Source: Trichoplax adhaerens (lineage: Eukaryota; Animalia; Placozoa). From it: a DNA stretch of 64,000 nt. The notes below the pieces were generated by a model that made no database searches, was not told the DNA's origin, and saw nothing but the letters and a program-made list of their open reading frames with translations. Shown here piece by piece: positions 14,966 through 26,476 of this stretch. Made by a program: the position numbers and the translations under genes. Position 1 is the first letter of the stretch; each line of letters opens with the position of its first letter. Where the stretch lies: the NCBI RefSeq assembly GCF_000150275.1, contig NW_002060957.1, positions 1,543,407 through 1,607,406 on the forward strand, given 5' to 3'.

Positions 14966-16258
14966 CTATAAATGTGAGAGTCAGTTTTAAAACTCGAAGT
15001 TATATTTACTGTGCATAGCCTAGCCAATTTAAATTAAGGTGATATCTATCGCCCTACTTTAGTGAGGCTTAAGTAGATTATTATAATTTAACTAGCAATC
15101 TACCGTAGACTAATGAATAAATTAATTAACGGCCATTCTAACTTCAGGCGGAAAATTTCATAGATTTTTATGACTTATTTGTGATCGTATCAATCAGATA
15201 AATTATACTAATTGCAACAGTTAAACTTATTTAAAAATGTAAATTAGATAAATTTAGAAATGATAACAGTTTATTTTTCACCGTATGACAGTTTTTGGCA
15301 GTATCTACTTTTTTTAAAGTAAATTATTTTATTCTAATAAATGAAACACTTAAAAGCCTAGGAAAAACTACTATTCTGGAGGTACTTAGATATAAAGGGT
15401 CTGAAAAATAAATACTTCGTTAACAATTTCAAATTGAAAATTGTTTAATACATTTCATAGTTAAAGCAATAGCATAAAAACGAAGGAAAAATTTCAAAAC
15501 TGTCAAATCCAATTTAATTCTAACATCACTAATTCACACCCCAACTGATAATGCATTTAATGAGCGAATAACTCACTTAAAACGGTAGTTAAATAGACAA
15601 GAAATGCAATAAACCTCAACTTAGACCTTGTTATTGTCTTTCAATTAGTCGAATACCCACTACCTATCCAAATCTAAAGAAACTACGGTAATTAATATCT
15701 CTGCATTTACTTAAAGCTTTATACAATTTTCTATCCAAATTTAAAACAAAGTATCAAATCTATTGATTTTGATGTTGCATTTAGAGCCGCATCTTGGGAA
15801 TACAAAAATAGAAGAATATAGTAGCTTCTTGAATTTTTAAAAGAAATAACCTCTACTATTGAGATATAAGAGACAGGAAATAAATACTCTAAATGATCAC
15901 TTCTTGATATTTTTTCGTCACTCAGGACTTAAAAAGGTGAAAATAATGTTAGCAGCTACTTCTTGGAAATCATTTTATTTTAAATTACTGATTTAGCATT
16001 CTTATTACTGTACAGGTAATTTAAATAGTATTTGAGCCGACCTTATCTATGTGATGAGAGGTAGTTAAACATGATTTCGCCAGGTGCTTCTTAATTCTAG
16101 ATTCGATTTCAACACCTTCAAGATATTAAATATTATTTAAAATAAAGCATTTAGAGCATTAGTCATTAAAATGAAGGAATGTATGCTTTATAGACTATCG
16201 TAGTCTAGAGCTAGCTTTTAAATCCAAAATTATTTAAATTTGATCGTAATCAACTTAC

Positions 16259-16555
16259 TATGCCATTCTTGATAGCGTTCATTATGCTCAATTCGTTCAC
16301 CACAACTCCAACAATATCTCATAAGTAATAAACAGCAACCCAATATCTTAAACCAATTATTCGCCGTATTGATAAAAGTTGTTATAAATATAGTATACAA
16401 GATAGGATTGATACAAGAATTAAGTGGTAAGGAGAGAATAGCAATAAATGGTAAACTGTGAGTATCCAACCCTAGGCCAAATCCAGCCCGAAGTAGAACC
16501 ACATACAACGGTAGCCAACAAATGAGATCCGTTATTGCAATGGTGATCATTTTAG
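16259..16555 (-). CDS. TM6-TM7 and start of C-tail of a rhodopsin-class GPCR, LGR/RXFP (LRR-GPCR) type; truncated by an assembly gap
   Basis: IAITDLICWLP (LGR-type TM6 TDxxCWxP) and ILSLPLNSCINPILYT (LGR/RXFP-type TM7 with NPxxY). A strong donor GTAAGT at 16258-16253 shows the gene continues downstream rather than ending at the ORF-track stop. Confidence 0.85.
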
Positions 16556-16605
16556 NNNNNNNNNNNNNNNNNNNNNNNNNNNNNNNNNNNNNNNNNNNNN
16601 NNNNN
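16556..16605. other. Assembly gap (50 N)
   Basis: Run of N, plus a single N at 16622. Confidence 1.
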
Positions 16606-18000
16606 ATTAATTATAAGTGAANTACCTTTTTATTATTTTCAGTGCAAATATTGATTAGCCAGAATCTTTAATGTGCAAAGATTACTGTCAGAAATCAAAA
16701 AAAAATGATGAGTAATACCAGTATTACAAAGCAGTTTGAAAGGTTGATATATGAACTATCCATAAAGTAGCAATTAATGGCTCATCGGAAGTAAGTTACG
16801 AAATCGATACTTTTAGAACTCGATCCGCCCTTATCCTTATTTAAACAAATGAAATACATAAATGATTTTTATTATTGCAGTATAATCACATTGAATGTTA
16901 AACTAGCACAAAATTTATTGGTAATATCAAGCAGATGGTCTTCTCCTTGCTAGAATAGTGTGACAAAACCTGTCGTACTAACTGTAATTAGCGTTTAGAT
17001 CATACAAGTAATTTCATAATAGCAGATTTTATTACTGATTCTATACCGATTGCGATACTACGTAACAATATAACAGCTCTGACAGACAAGGAAAACTTCT
17101 TACAACAGCAGATCTTAGAAAAAAGGGCTAGAACAACAGTAACAGAAAAGCATAGCTGCTTAAATACGTCATCTAACTTTATTACAGTATAACGATTGCA
17201 AACAACATCAATTAAGACTTACAGAACTTAGCATGAGAATAAAATTCTTTAATTACAATTAGTATTACATTCTGTAAAGCAGAAATCAATATACTCGAAC
17301 TATTGCAAATATTACATATATTACACCTTTAATTGTCAACAGCCCCAGATTTTGATATTATTTTTAAATTATATCTAATTTATTTTTACATAACATGTTG
17401 ACAACGACAGCTTATCTAACAGCTTCTTTACCAATAGTAATTTAGAATTTACAGACAGCAAAGAACTGATATTTTTTTATCTACTTCTTTTGCATTATAA
17501 TTTTTACTCAACTTTAGATAAAAGAAAATTCCATCTCTTGAAATGATTTTAAATTTACTAATTGCATGTATCTCATTAGCCTTAAATTAAATTCTGGGGA
17601 AGAAGAAGATATATGTCTTTTCTTTATTATTTATGTAGCTACTGGGATTAATATCATAGGTAATTAAATCTATTGATCTCTGTATTATTAATAATATAAT
17701 AAAAGAATTCCTTACTTATAAGTAGATACATGAAAAAAATATTGCAATATAAGGCGATACTTTATTATCACAATTCTACGCTAAATTTTCTATCTAGTAG
17801 TGAGATAATAACTTCTTCATGCGTTGCTAATTATTTTTTTGAAGACTAAGATTATTAATTATCCACATATGTTATACTGGATAAGCTCAGAACTTTCCGA
17901 ATTAATATAGATTCTGATGCTAATCATAAATTTTCAGATTTTAATTAGCTTGGGAAATTTAACTTCTTTAGTCTACCGTAATTATCATTCATATAATATA
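16606..18000 (-). pseudogene. Possible decayed LRR-GPCR 5' portion
   Basis: Short minus-strand fragments in the expected order: LRR-like GRLKKLNFP (~17978-17952), DITNKFCASLTF (ECL1/TM3-like, 16928-16893), PLIATLWIVH (TM4-like, 16780-16751), DSNLCTL (ECL2-like, 16689-16669). They are interrupted by stops and frame changes. Weak evidence. Confidence 0.3.
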
Positions 18001-18642
18001 TTTTGGCCGTTGTTGCATATCGTAAATATTACTTGCTAATGGAGTATTACAACTTTAATTTATATGGAGATAATTGCCTATTGTCACGAAGAGATTCCGT
18101 ATCGTTTACTGTTACCTAATTTGATTTTACTTTAACGATAAATTTGGCCATGCGGTTGTAAATCACTACCGGACTCAATTTGTGCTCAAAGTGGCTTCTA
18201 CGTGCATTTGCATTGATGACAGCTTTTTTGAGTTTTGTATTAAGTTATGTCTTTGACCTTGTCGTTGTATCTGCTTTTATGGTAAAGCAATAAAGTCCAC
18301 AATACAAAACCCGTTTTATCATCTACGAAAATTACATGCTTGTCCGTAAACAACAAACTTTACTTTGTATCGATTTGCAATTAGCAATTAGCAACGGTTA
18401 TTACACATAACAATAATATTTTCATATACGTAGAAGTTTAAAACTTATTATGACGTTAAGTTGTCATACGTGTATATTAAGTGAACAAAAATTAATTATA
18501 ATCTAAAAATTTATGATTATTTTCTATATCTCAATTATTCCAGAGAAAATTTATTTGAAGAAAATACATAGTAGTAGCATAAGCAATTTTGGTAACAAGT
18601 ATTAATGACGATACAATTGTTGTAAGATCTATTGTATACATT

Positions 18643-18756
18643 TTAGACCATCCGAAAGTATCAAAACTACTTACAATCTTTCGTTACCCCCCCCCCCATC
18701 ACTATTATAGGGTAACGAAAGATTGTAAGTAGTTTTGATACTTTCTGCTGGTCTAA
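18643..18756. mobile_element. MITE-like element: 47-bp terminal inverted repeats around a 20-bp spacer
   Basis: 18643-18689 versus the reverse complement of 18710-18756: 45/47 identical. Flanked by TATACATT / TATACATG (candidate 8-bp TSD, 1 mismatch). Confidence 0.75.
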
Positions 18757-19489
18757 TATACATGTTAGATAAGAACAGTATAGAGCAATACATATGCAGT
18801 ATTTATTACTTGATTGAAAGCTATAAGTAGGTTTGAAAGTGATTGCTAGCTATATACCTAAATCTAATAATCCCGTATACAGTACTTGCGTTTGATCCTT
18901 ATAGAAGAACAGCACAATAAATGGATGTAGTTGGTAACGATAATAGAGACTGAATAACATGTACCTGCTATATCTTTCTTTTAATAATATCGTCCACTTT
19001 CTAGCTGTGGTTGTCATTATGGAAATAAAATAAAAATAAATAGTAACAGTATACTTGAGAACATATAACTAATGATAATTTAGTAAGTACGATATTGTAA
19101 TTCATCGCAAGTAATAATATTGGCATCTAGGTAATTTTAAGGAATAACTGACAGTATGATAGTAGTCTACAATCACAAGCTTAAGTGGCAAAATATTAAA
19201 ACAAGTTAGCTACTCTGTCATTCTACAGTCGATGTACTGCGTAACCGAGTTTAATTATCTTTTACATGTAATATTTGTAAAAGTAGCGAATGGAATGTAT
19301 TCTTGCAGAACAGCACTGGCAACAAAGTTCTAAGGTTCTATGCCTCTAGCAGATTCTAGAGTTACAATTAGTTCACTCTTTACCTGAATCATATCCGAAA
19401 AAGGCATCTGATTATTTTGCCATCCATAGCTTGTCCGGGAAGTTGGCGAGGATCTAAGAGTATATATCAAGATATACTACTATTAAAAT

Positions 19490-19543
19490 TACTAGCAGAC
19501 TACCCGTTGAAATGAACGGGAATTAAATTCAAAGCAAGCACAT
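19490..19543 (-). repeat. Dispersed ~50-bp repeat, copy B (palindromic core CCCGTT-n6-AACGGG)
   Basis: Reverse complement reads tgtgcttgctttgaatttaattcccgttcatttcaacgggtagtctgctagta. The core is 18/20 identical to copy C. Confidence 0.55.
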
Positions 19544-20359
19544 AACTTGTAGATAAACATCAATTGAATACTCTCGGAACTTATCCAAATTCAAAGAAAT
19601 GAGCGTTGTCGTCGCAAAGGTATGGAAAATCTGACTAGTGCGGAATAAATTATCCAGTTTCTCACGGTTACCCGTTTGGGAAAGAAATTCGTAATTTTAG
19701 TCCAATTTTCTCTTTCTCAACAATACCTTCCAGTTTAATTAACGATAATTAGTTAATAAAAGTTATTTTTCTATATTAAATCGATGTAAAAGGTTCTCTT
19801 TTATTTAGGCATATGCTGTAAATTACTGACTCTCTCATTGGCAAGGAACCAATGAATTGAGCACATATTATAGCAGATACATACAAGACCAGAGAGTATT
19901 CTCTACTTTCCGCCTCTTCCCCACCCCCCCCCCCCCCGGGAAAAAGGATACCCCTCAATTTTTTGCCCTTTAATTCCTTAACTTAAGACAAAACACTAAC
20001 GACGAGCAAGGCTGTTCTGGACTCCTAGATGTGCTAGGAAGATTGCCTAAAAATAGTCCATGACGTGATCCTGTATAGACCGATATTACGACGTGACTTG
20101 TAAAATGGTTGAAGCGACCAAACATGTAACAGCGACCAATAGTTTGTATAAGAAACATTAAGGCAACATTATAACTAAATATCTTTCAACCATTTGAGAG
20201 GGCCTCGCCACGCCCCGGCACTGTAATTGTGATCTTCTACTGCCCATTTCAGTATACTGAAGTACTCTATACTTCAGATGGACGGATTTCTTCGATCGCA
20301 ACGTCGAAAATACGGTAGTTAGTTGGTTTTTAGTTCGAAATGTCTGTCCGTATGGTTAG

Positions 20360-20398
20360 GTTCAGCTCATAGAGTTGACTTAACTCTATGGTTCAGCT
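20360..20398. mobile_element. Minimal DNA-transposon remnant/footprint: 23-bp palindrome with perfect 8-bp direct repeats
   Basis: GTTCAGCT [CATAGAGTT gactt AACTCTATG] GTTCAGCT. Confidence 0.75.
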
Positions 20399-20449
20399 AG
20401 AGCCATTTTTAACACTACTACATTCATACTGTTTTTTACAGTTAATACT

Positions 20450-20805
20450 ATACAGTACTGTAGTGTACAGTACAGTACAGTACAGTACAGTACAGTAAGA
20501 AGTACTGTACATTCAGTATGCAGTACTGTACTTGACAAAATTTTTGTTATTGCACAGTACGGTACTGTACTTTACAGTGTACAGTATGTAGCATAGCTGC
20601 ACTGGTACTTGTAAAATGCGTGAGAATCACATGATCGTAACGAATCGTAACCATACTGTACAGTAGACCACTACAGCACAGTCACCACAGTGCACCAAGT
20701 CCAGTACTGTACAGTACAGTACTGTACTGTACCGTACTGTACGTACTGTACAGTACGGTACGGTACTGTGCTGTACAGTGTACAGTACGACAGTATACTG
20801 TATCT
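20450..20805. repeat. TACAG/CTGTA pentamer array upstream of hexosaminidase (putative promoter)
   Basis: Perfect (TACAG)6 at 20466-20495 and many degenerate units in both orientations, ending ~130 bp before the ATG. Confidence 0.85.
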
Positions 20806-20932
20806 TTGCTAGTCCATCATTCTGTCTGTGTGTCCGCATACTGCAAAGTAATAACTTAACTTAAATATCCAAGACAAGACGCTGTCGATACGTTTTAAAC
20901 TGCTTATACTGTCTGTGTACCATAAAATCAAA

Positions 20933-23900
20933 ATGGCAATGATGAAAACGATTCACTGGTTCAAACCGTTGATTCTGTTGATATTGGTGGCTTATCCAGC
21001 CATGTGTGTGGTATGGCCGATGCCTCAAATGATGTCAACAACCTCGACTGTACTCACAATTAATTCAAAAAAATTTACCTTTCAATCGAGCAGCAAGAGC
21101 GATATATTACATCAGGCATTCGAAAGATACATGAATATAAGCTTCATTCCATTAGGGAAACAAATTCAACCACAACTTTCGGAATCTTTCAACGTTACTG
21201 CTAGTAGTGGTAGTCTTACCAGTTTGAAAGTAAACGTCCATAGTTCAAAGGAAGAATTAAATCTGGATTCTGTGGAAAACTGTAATGATTGATTTTGGAA
21301 TTGATTCGATTCAACGTTTACTCTCTTTATTCAATGTCGATGTGTTTATCATTGTTTCATACAGTAGTGTGGTGTATTGATGATGAACAGCGAATTACAG
21401 TTAATACTGTGCGTGTGTACAGTATGAGTAGTACCTGTACAGTACATTAATAGGAGTCCACACGACGCCCATGCCAATAACTTCGATCTTTTATTAAGTT
21501 AATTCACTAATGCCTGATACTTATTTCTGATCGTAGATACTTTGACGGTAACGGCAAAAGGAGCTACATTAGATGCTGACGAAGTTTGGGGAGCTCTAAG
21601 AGGTAGTACAGCTAGAAAGCTGTCCAACATAACATAAAAATATCCACGCCATAGCTAACTCTTAAAATGGGGAATGAAACGATTTTAAGGCTAAACAAGA
21701 TTATCTTTTTGTAGGATTGGAAACTTTTAGTCAACTTGTTGAACCTACTGAATCGGGCATGGTAAGTTTAGCTATTCTTAAGTAGTTTTACAACTATTCA
21801 TGGCTTCATGCTGTAGTGGAGGCTTCGCTTTTAACATCTCTTCAAGACTTTGTAATACGTTATATACTGTACTTAATATTTACGCGTAATATGAGTTAAT
21901 GTGATTTTTGGGGATCTGAATGTTAGTTCCAGATTAACGAAACTAAAGTTATCGACTTTCCTCGATTTAAACACCGTGGTATGCTTGTCGATACAGCAAG
22001 ACATTTCTTGGATATGGAAGTACTTTACGAACATATTGTAAGTTTACGTTAGATCTAGGACGCTCATTGATGACATTTAGGAACCGATAAAGATGAATTG
22101 ATGAAAAATGTTTCTAATTACTACTATTGAAACCATTTAACTAAGCTTCTTTTCAAAAGACATAGCTAACCGGTCAATTTTTCCACATAGGATGCTATGG
22201 CTTATAATAAGTATAACGTATTTCACTGGCATATCGTTGACGACGAATCCTTCCCATATGATTCAAAAGTCTTACCAGAAGTTACGGCAAAGGTAGGCTG
22301 TCAATATTTTATTGATAAGGTTGAGTCGTTTGTTACTGTACGCAATTTATCAAATAAAGTATTTTGATTGGTTTGAGCTAAATGGTATTATTTTCTTCAT
22401 CAGCAATGATTAATATTCTACGGTATAAAAACATGCTATTTACATTTGTCAATTAGGGATCCTTTAATCCTAAAACCCATGTTTATACTGCTGATGATAT
22501 TACCAAAATTATCAAGTACTGTAGATATCGTGGTCTAAGAGTAATTCCTGAATTTGATACTCCGGTAAGCACTGACATGAATCTGTATTAGATAGCCCAG
22601 CGAAGTAGTATACATTTAAAATGTTTACATTTAATAAATAACATTCTTTAAAACAGGGACATACTCGATGTTGGGGTCGAAGTAAGCCAAACCTTTTAAC
22701 AAAGTGTTACACTGGATTTTTGCCTAACGGGTATGTCAGGGCCACTTCCTTTATTAGTTTATGACAGTGGACTCCGTTTATTATATAATCATAGTTTGGA
22801 CATGAGCTATTTTGCTCTTTTGAGAATAACCAAAATACAACATGTTGGTTATCTCAAAGAGAAAATCGGAACATGCTGGCTTTCTGGAACTAATAGTCTT
22901 ATTTCATTCAACAGCAAAACTGGCCCAATCAATCCTATATTTCCTGAGAATTACGAATTCATGAAAACTTTATTGTCTGAAGTTCATAAGAGATTTACTG
23001 ATAAATATATCCATCTAGGTGGTGATGAAGTCTTACTTAATTGCTGGTTTGTATGCATGAAAGATACGTACTGTTTAGACTTTGATAGTGCATATAGCAA
23101 TGTCGGTGACTACAAATATTTTTGCAAACGCAAATTTTATAATATAGGAAAAGTAACCCTGATGTTAGAAACTGGATGGTAGAGAAAGGATTAGGCAATA
23201 ATATTTCTCTATTGGAATCCTACTACGAGTCCAGGTGCTGTTCATAGGAATAATGCATTTTATGCTAATGCATAGATAACATAGATATGTTATACAATCT
23301 GAATATGGTCTCATAAAATTTTTTCTTAACGTGAACAGATTGTTGGGAATTGCTTCCAATTTAGGCTATGACTACATTATTTGGCAGTCTGTTGTAGATA
23401 ACAACGTGAAGGTACAACCCCTCGCATCTCATCTTGCCGAAGTGTTATTATCCTGTATTGTAGCAAGCGTAAATAATAATTTCTTAATTATTTACAGGTA
23501 ATGCCGTCTACGGTAGTCAACGTTTACAAAGGCGGATTTCCAGCTGAATTAGATAGGGTAACAAAGAGAAATTTTACTACTATCTTATCTTCATGTTGGT
23601 ACTTGGATATTTACGCTTACGGACCTGACTGGAAGAGGGTATGATTTATTAGTTAGAAATTTTCTACAGAATCCTGATATTTTGTTAAATTTTGTTGATA
23701 TTTTACAATCTAATAAACTATTCGAATATAATATATATAGTACTATAGTTGCGAGCCCTTTTCTTTTAATGGTACTCAAAAACAATACGACCTAATCATT
23801 GGCGGCGAATCTTGTATTTGGACCGAATACGTTGACGATACCAATCTAATATCCCGCGTATGGCCGCGGGCAAGTGGAACTGCTGAACGACTATGGAGTG

Positions 23901-24034
23901 CCAAAAATGTGAACAGCATCGCATTAGCTACACCAAGAATACATGATTTTAGATGTAAAATTCTAATTAGACGAGGTATTCGAGCTGAGCCAGTTACCGG
24001 TCCAGGATTTTGCGAGTATGAATTTGGAATGTAA
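20933..24034 (+). CDS. HEXB: Lysosomal beta-hexosaminidase (GH20, HEXA/HEXB family; HEXB-like active site), about 12 exons
   Basis: Signal peptide followed by VWPMPQ. Motifs [62 protein letters not shown], catalytic HLGGDE (23012-23029), [17 protein letters not shown] and [13 protein letters not shown]. Stop TAA at 24032-24034. All junctions I traced are in phase. The gene is probably co-orthologous to vertebrate HEXA and HEXB, so the symbol is approximate. Confidence 0.95.
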
Positions 24035-26442
24035 ATGAGTGAAGGCTGCTATTTACTATGGACATTGAATACCTGACCATATAATTCATATTAATTGATA
24101 ACTTTTCTTAAATGATTTCGTTACTTTCAGTGATCTATTATGTTTATTCTCAGATATGATGTTCATTTTCTAAGCAAAGATAGTTTTTAAATGTCAAGTT
24201 AGTGATTTTTTAAATTGTACCATATTTAGTTTCATTTTTGGAATGGCTGTGATTACCTACGATGGTAACTGACGGTTGTTTTAATGTAATGATATTTGGT
24301 GGATAATGTACTAAAATATATCTTATTTTATCACTCGAATTGCATGCTCAACAATTGAAAATAACAAGTTTCTCTAATACAAAGATTGAAGACATTAGCT
24401 CAGTAACCCTTAAAAACTTGCGAAATTGATACTGATTTCATATAGCTAAAGTAGTTTCCAGATTGTGTGCGATAGCCAAATCTTGCTAACTGCAACGTTT
24501 TGTATGGCTATATCATGTTCTCCCTTCTATCAGAATCAATTAATTATCGCTTTTAAGCGCTCGAATACTTACTCTGCATTGCAACAGTGGAATATAGATT
24601 GACAACGATGGTGATAGCATGCCGACTCCTATATTATCGCTGTGTATGCTAGCTATACTAAAAGTAATTACCTAACAAAGGAGGCTAGGCTATGACTCGG
24701 TCTGAAAGCTGTTAATCTCTTGATTACCCTTAGTTGTATAGGAGAAATATACTAGTGCTCATTAATAATTATGTTATTAATAGGTATAGCATGCCCAACG
24801 TATCTCTTTAAAATAATAGCGAATATTATAAGCAAAAGGCAATAATTTAGCTATACAACTAGTTGCGCTCTTACATGAGGTGGTATAGTAGTAATGTAAT
24901 TTAAGTAACAAATATAAGGTGCGGCCTTAGTATATTTTACCTTTTGACTTGATAAACTTGACAGAAATAACTCAACACGTTGCAACTATACTGTTCACAG
25001 TCGAATACTACATCGAAAACGGGATGAGCAACAGTATTACAGAATAACTTCTGTGTAGCTGTCGTAACATAATTTATCCGACAACTTATCTAAGAATGTG
25101 TTGATAGTAACTTAGCTATGACGTTTCACATATTTTTGATAGATAACGGTATAGTTATATAATGTAATCCATCAAATGATAATTAATCGCACTAGTTATA
25201 CTGTACTGTACTGTTTATGTAGACTTACTATAAATTGACTGGCTTCTCAATAACTTTAGGTTTTACTGTAGTTTTGTCTAAGAGAGACTAATGGGGTCAC
25301 TCTTTCTCTAGACGATTGGAGATCGTCAGTATTTAGAGGCGCACTGTAGCCAAATATTAGGGAGGACAACCCTGACAGTAGACTCGTAGTGCTGTAGTAG
25401 CTTAATTTTCTCCTGTTACAAATTTTGTGTAACAGCAACATAACAACTACATTTTCTTATTTATCGACCAAGATTGGACTAATCACTATGCATATACTCG
25501 TATGGTAGCTACATGTTAAAGATGCGTAATGCATTCTATTCTACTGATGGCGTAAAATAAATAGCAAAAGAAATATTTGTCGAACCTGATAGCTTGCTAT
25601 TTTCAATAGACTAAGTCATATACTAGATAAGTTAGTTAATTACTTCAACTATATTACAGCAAATTGCATTTCATTTTGCTGACAAAACGAATACTAATTG
25701 ATCATTTTTAATACTTAAAAAACTGCTGTTCTCAATAGGTTAGTCTGACGGTTACTACATACTACTGACACTTACTTTTGCATAATTTGCTGCACACGAC
25801 AATCTAAACCTTTATTATTGTAAGCAGTGGTAGGCATGAGTTGACGTATTCTGGTGGTATATGTTTTTAATTCATTCGGTTAATGACATAATGAACTTAT
25901 TAATTTATGTCACTTGCTATGTCACTAGCTCTGACTGCTACTTGCCTTAAGTCAAATTTCGAAATATCATTTTCACGTCATAACGTAAATCAATTTTAGA
26001 AGAATTTCAAAAATCAAATCTACAAATACAACAGTATTTGGAAATACTATAAAATGCAATTTTCGATGTACAGTTTTGAAAAAATTGGATAGTGAAACAT
26101 GGCATTTACGAGAATTCACTTTATAATAAACCTTATGTTCTTGTCTAATTTTTTTAGCACTATACAATCGAGTATACTGAATTCATGAACTTTATTTTAA
26201 GTCAAAAGATTATGCACGCGCACACAACGTGTATGTGAATTGCTTATATTTGATTATAATTATATAATTATCATTCACTAAATAAAATATAAACAAATGG
26301 TATTATAATTTATTTACAGTGCTCTGTCGACTTGATGCATCATTCAATTGTGAGCTACCTATCGCACACTAAGAAGGGATTCATACATGGTCTGATAACC
26401 TAGCTCTGAATTTTGCTAAGTGTAATGCGTTGTGTAGTATAC

Positions 26443-26476
26443 GTTCTCGTTCATTTGAACGGGTACTCGATTAGTA
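26443..26476 (+). repeat. Dispersed repeat, copy C (shorter)
   Basis: gttctcgttcatttgaacgggtactcgattagta matches the core of copies A and B. Confidence 0.5.

Noticed and set aside
19919-19940. Poly-C tract and ORF 19776-19958 (poly-Gly)
   Set aside because: Simple homopolymer with at most G-quadruplex potential; no coding support.
20450-20805. Repeat arrays as a CRISPR-like locus
   Set aside because: No constant repeat with unique spacers, no cas genes, eukaryotic context.
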